Part shown: positions 61,992 through 64,000 of the stretch, one piece after another
Position numbering within the stretch: the first letter of the stretch is position 1
Layout: every line of letters starts with the position of its first letter
Assembly (NCBI GenBank): GCA_038727515.1
Contig: JAVYVS010000001.1
Coordinates: forward strand, 224,001 to 288,000
Length of the DNA stretch: 64,000 nucleotides
Direction of reading: 5' to 3'
Source of the DNA: Candidatus Methanomethylicia archaeon
GTDB lineage: Archaea; Thermoproteota; Methanomethylicia; Culexarchaeales; Culexarchaeaceae
Notes under the pieces: model-generated
Database searches by the model: none
Told to the model about the DNA's origin: nothing
What the model saw: only the letters and a program-made list of their open reading frames with translations
Position numbers and translations under genes: made by a program

Positions 61992-63101
61992 TTATAGGGG
62001 GCAGCTTACTATTCCATGTGAGTAGGGGCATGAAGCGCAGGAGGGTTGGTTACCCCAACAATCATATTCATTTGTTAAAGTTAAGTTGCAATAGTCTTTT
62101 AATCTGCATTCATAGCATGAGGGCATTTTGAAGAAGAATGTATTTAATCTAAATCTTATGTATTCTGGTTTTCTCCAGATTTTCATTAATTCTTCTTTAA
62201 GTATGTTTCCGAAGACTATTTTCCTTATTGTTCTAGTTACCCCCATAAAGTTTGTCTTCCAATTATGTGCGTATTGTAGACATGGGGTTACTTCACCATC
62301 ATATCTAATGAATGCTGCATTTACATGTATGAATGGGCATTTCCTATCTGAGATATTTGTGAAATTTGGTAGTATTATTTTACCTCCACTTTCAAAAGCT
62401 TTTCTAGCTAGTTTATCTCTTATATCTTCCATTTTCTCCATGTAATCTCTATTTCTATATATGGCTAGTTTCTCCTCCATTTCCCTATTTAATGGTATTA
62501 TATTGGAGATTGTGACTTGTGAAGCTGCAATCCTCTTCATGTATTCTGGGAGGTTTAAGAGGTCTTCCATGTTTAATGTTGTTAATGTGAATTGTACATG
62601 TATTTCTGGTTTAAGTGAATCATTTTTAATTTTTAATTCTTTGATTTTAGTTAATCCTTCATTGATTTTTGATAGATTTCCTCCCACTCTAGTTTGTTGG
62701 TAGAGTTCTTCGTATACGCTATCTATGCTTACATGGATTATGTCAACGCCTAGTTTACATAGTTCTTCAGCATATTCAGATATTAAAGATCCATTTGTAT
62801 TGAGTATGATATTGAATTTATACTTCTTTAATTCTGAGATGAAGTCTATTATTGCTGGATGTGTTAATGGTTCTCCCCATCCCGATAAAGATATTTTAGA
62901 TATTTTTGCATTATATGCTTGTTTAACTAGATTTTTGAATACTTCAACATCCATGTATCTACCTATTTCTGAATCTAAAATTGCATTTCTAAAACAGTAT
63001 ATACAGTTATAGTTGCATGAAGTTGTTAATTCAATCATTAATTCGCGTGGGAAGCTTTCCACATAGTTTATTATCCATTCACCACTCCTTATGGATAGCA
63101 T
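61992..63101 (-). CDS. Radical SAM/SPASM protein, tungsten-cofactor oxidoreductase maturase type
   Basis: CNYNCIYCFR, GWGEP, CPF...PC, CYEC...CWGNQPSCASCPY; adjacent to aor and moaD. Confidence 0.85.
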   Translation of the reverse strand: MLSIRSGEWIINYVESFPRELMIELTTSCNYNCIYCFRNAILDSEIGRYMDVEVFKNLVKQAYNAKISKISLSGWGEPLTHPAIIDFISELKKYKFNIILNTNGSLISEYAEELCKLGVDIIHVSIDSVYEELYQQTRVGGNLSKINEGLTKIKELKIKNDSLKPEIHVQFTLTTLNMEDLLNLPEYMKRIAASQVTISNIIPLNREMEEKLAIYRNRDYMEKMEDIRDKLARKAFESGGKIILPNFTNISDRKCPFIHVNAAFIRYDGEVTPCLQYAHNWKTNFMGVTRTIRKIVFGNILKEELMKIWRKPEYIRFRLNTFFFKMPSCYECRLKDYCNLTLTNEYDCWGNQPSCASCPYSHGIVSCPL

Positions 63102-63242
63102 AATATCACTTTAACATTGATTTATAATGTATTAAAAGTTTTGTAGAATATTATTTTATATTTGTCTAAAGTTTATAGTTTGAAAGTTTGTTTTGTTAAG
63201 GTTTATATTTTCTCTTGTATAAATTTATTTGAGGTTATTTAA

Positions 63243-64000
63243 ATGTTAGGAGGTTATATTGGTAAAATAGCTAGAGTGGATTTGAGGACTGGTAAAGTTA
63301 GGTTTGAATCGCTTCCAGATGATGTTCTTAAAAAGTGGATTGGTGGTAGAGGTTTAGGGGTTTATTTAGCGTTGAAGGAGATTCCTCCAAAGGTTGATCC
63401 CTTTTCACCTATGAATAAAGCTTATGTTATGACTGGACCTTTAACTGGTATTGTAGGTATACCTACATCTGGTAGATGGTGTTCTGTAACTAAATCTCCA
63501 TTGACAAATACTATTCATGATTCTCAGAGTGGCGGTAAATTTGGTCCTGAACTTAAATTTGCTGGTTTTGATGGTATAATTCTTGAAGATGCTTCTGAAG
63601 AACCTGTATATCTATGGGTTTGTGATGGTAAAGTGGATGTTAGATGTGCATGTCATCTATGGGGTAAAGATGTTCATGCTACTACGGATATTATTATGGA
63701 AGAGCTTAAGGCTGAAGTTGGTGATGAAGCTAAGAAAATTAAAGTTTTAGCTATTGGTCCAGCTGGTGAAAATCTAGTTAGAATTGCAGCTTTACTCAAT
63801 GATAAATCTAGAGCTGCTGGTAGGGGTGGTCATGGTGCTGTTTGGGGTTCTAAGAAGATTAAAGCTATTGCTGTTCTCGGCCATGGGAAACCTACAATTG
63901 CTAAACCTGAATTGTTTAAGGATGTGGTTGTTGAAGCTATGGAGAAGCATAAGAAGAGTCCAGTGACTTCTGAAGCTCTACCAAAATATGGAACTGCAGT
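63243..64000 (+). CDS. aor: Aldehyde:ferredoxin oxidoreductase (3'-truncated by the window)
   Basis: Manual translation: GYIGKIARVDL, IGGRGLG, KSPLT, SGGKFGPELKFAGFD, IGPAGENLV, AAGRGGHGAVWGSKKIKA. Confidence 0.95.
   Translation, partial: MLGGYIGKIARVDLRTGKVRFESLPDDVLKKWIGGRGLGVYLALKEIPPKVDPFSPMNKAYVMTGPLTGIVGIPTSGRWCSVTKSPLTNTIHDSQSGGKFGPELKFAGFDGIILEDASEEPVYLWVCDGKVDVRCACHLWGKDVHATTDIIMEELKAEVGDEAKKIKVLAIGPAGENLVRIAALLNDKSRAAGRGGHGAVWGSKKIKAIAVLGHGKPTIAKPELFKDVVVEAMEKHKKSPVTSEALPKYGTA

Noticed and set aside
435-63966. Many 60-190 aa ORFs antisense to or nested in clear genes
   Set aside because: Shadow frames produced by biased codon usage; no recognisable motifs.
1-64000. CRISPR array, rRNA or tRNA genes
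   Set aside because: No regularly spaced repeats and no GC-rich structured RNA-like stretch seen.
61667-64000. moaD, radical SAM/SPASM and aor as a novel RiPP-like system
   Set aside because: Matches the known tungsten-oxidoreductase maturation neighbourhood.

Overview
AT-rich archaeal chromosomal segment. Ribosomal protein L13e, Alba, a PolB3-type polymerase, AOR and thiolase/DUF35 point to a TACK/Thermoproteota-like, probably anaerobic thermophile; this assignment is inference. It holds about 58 CDSs, two of them cut by the window edges and so missing or truncated in the ORF track. I found no rRNA, tRNA or CRISPR array. 1-33 kb is mostly housekeeping and peptide metabolism: transporters, peptidases, a split purH, a P-type ATPase, trxB, alaX, and a PolB whose three proofreading motifs are all degenerate. 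34-52 kb is accessory: anion-transporter paralogues around a lone serine resolvase, then a foreign-looking three-gene operon (SplB-like radical SAM enzyme, Cys-rich protein with a putative C-terminal PD-(D/E)xK nuclease, MazG/dCTPase-like pyrophosphatase), followed by TatD, an archaeal ATPase, HEPN-MNT and a vapC relic. That three-gene operon is the best candidate for an undescribed defence or DNA-modification system. 58.4-61.5 kb is a decaying insert bracketed by 107-bp direct repeats. The window ends in a tungsten AOR locus. All calls come from motif recognition by eye; no searches were run.
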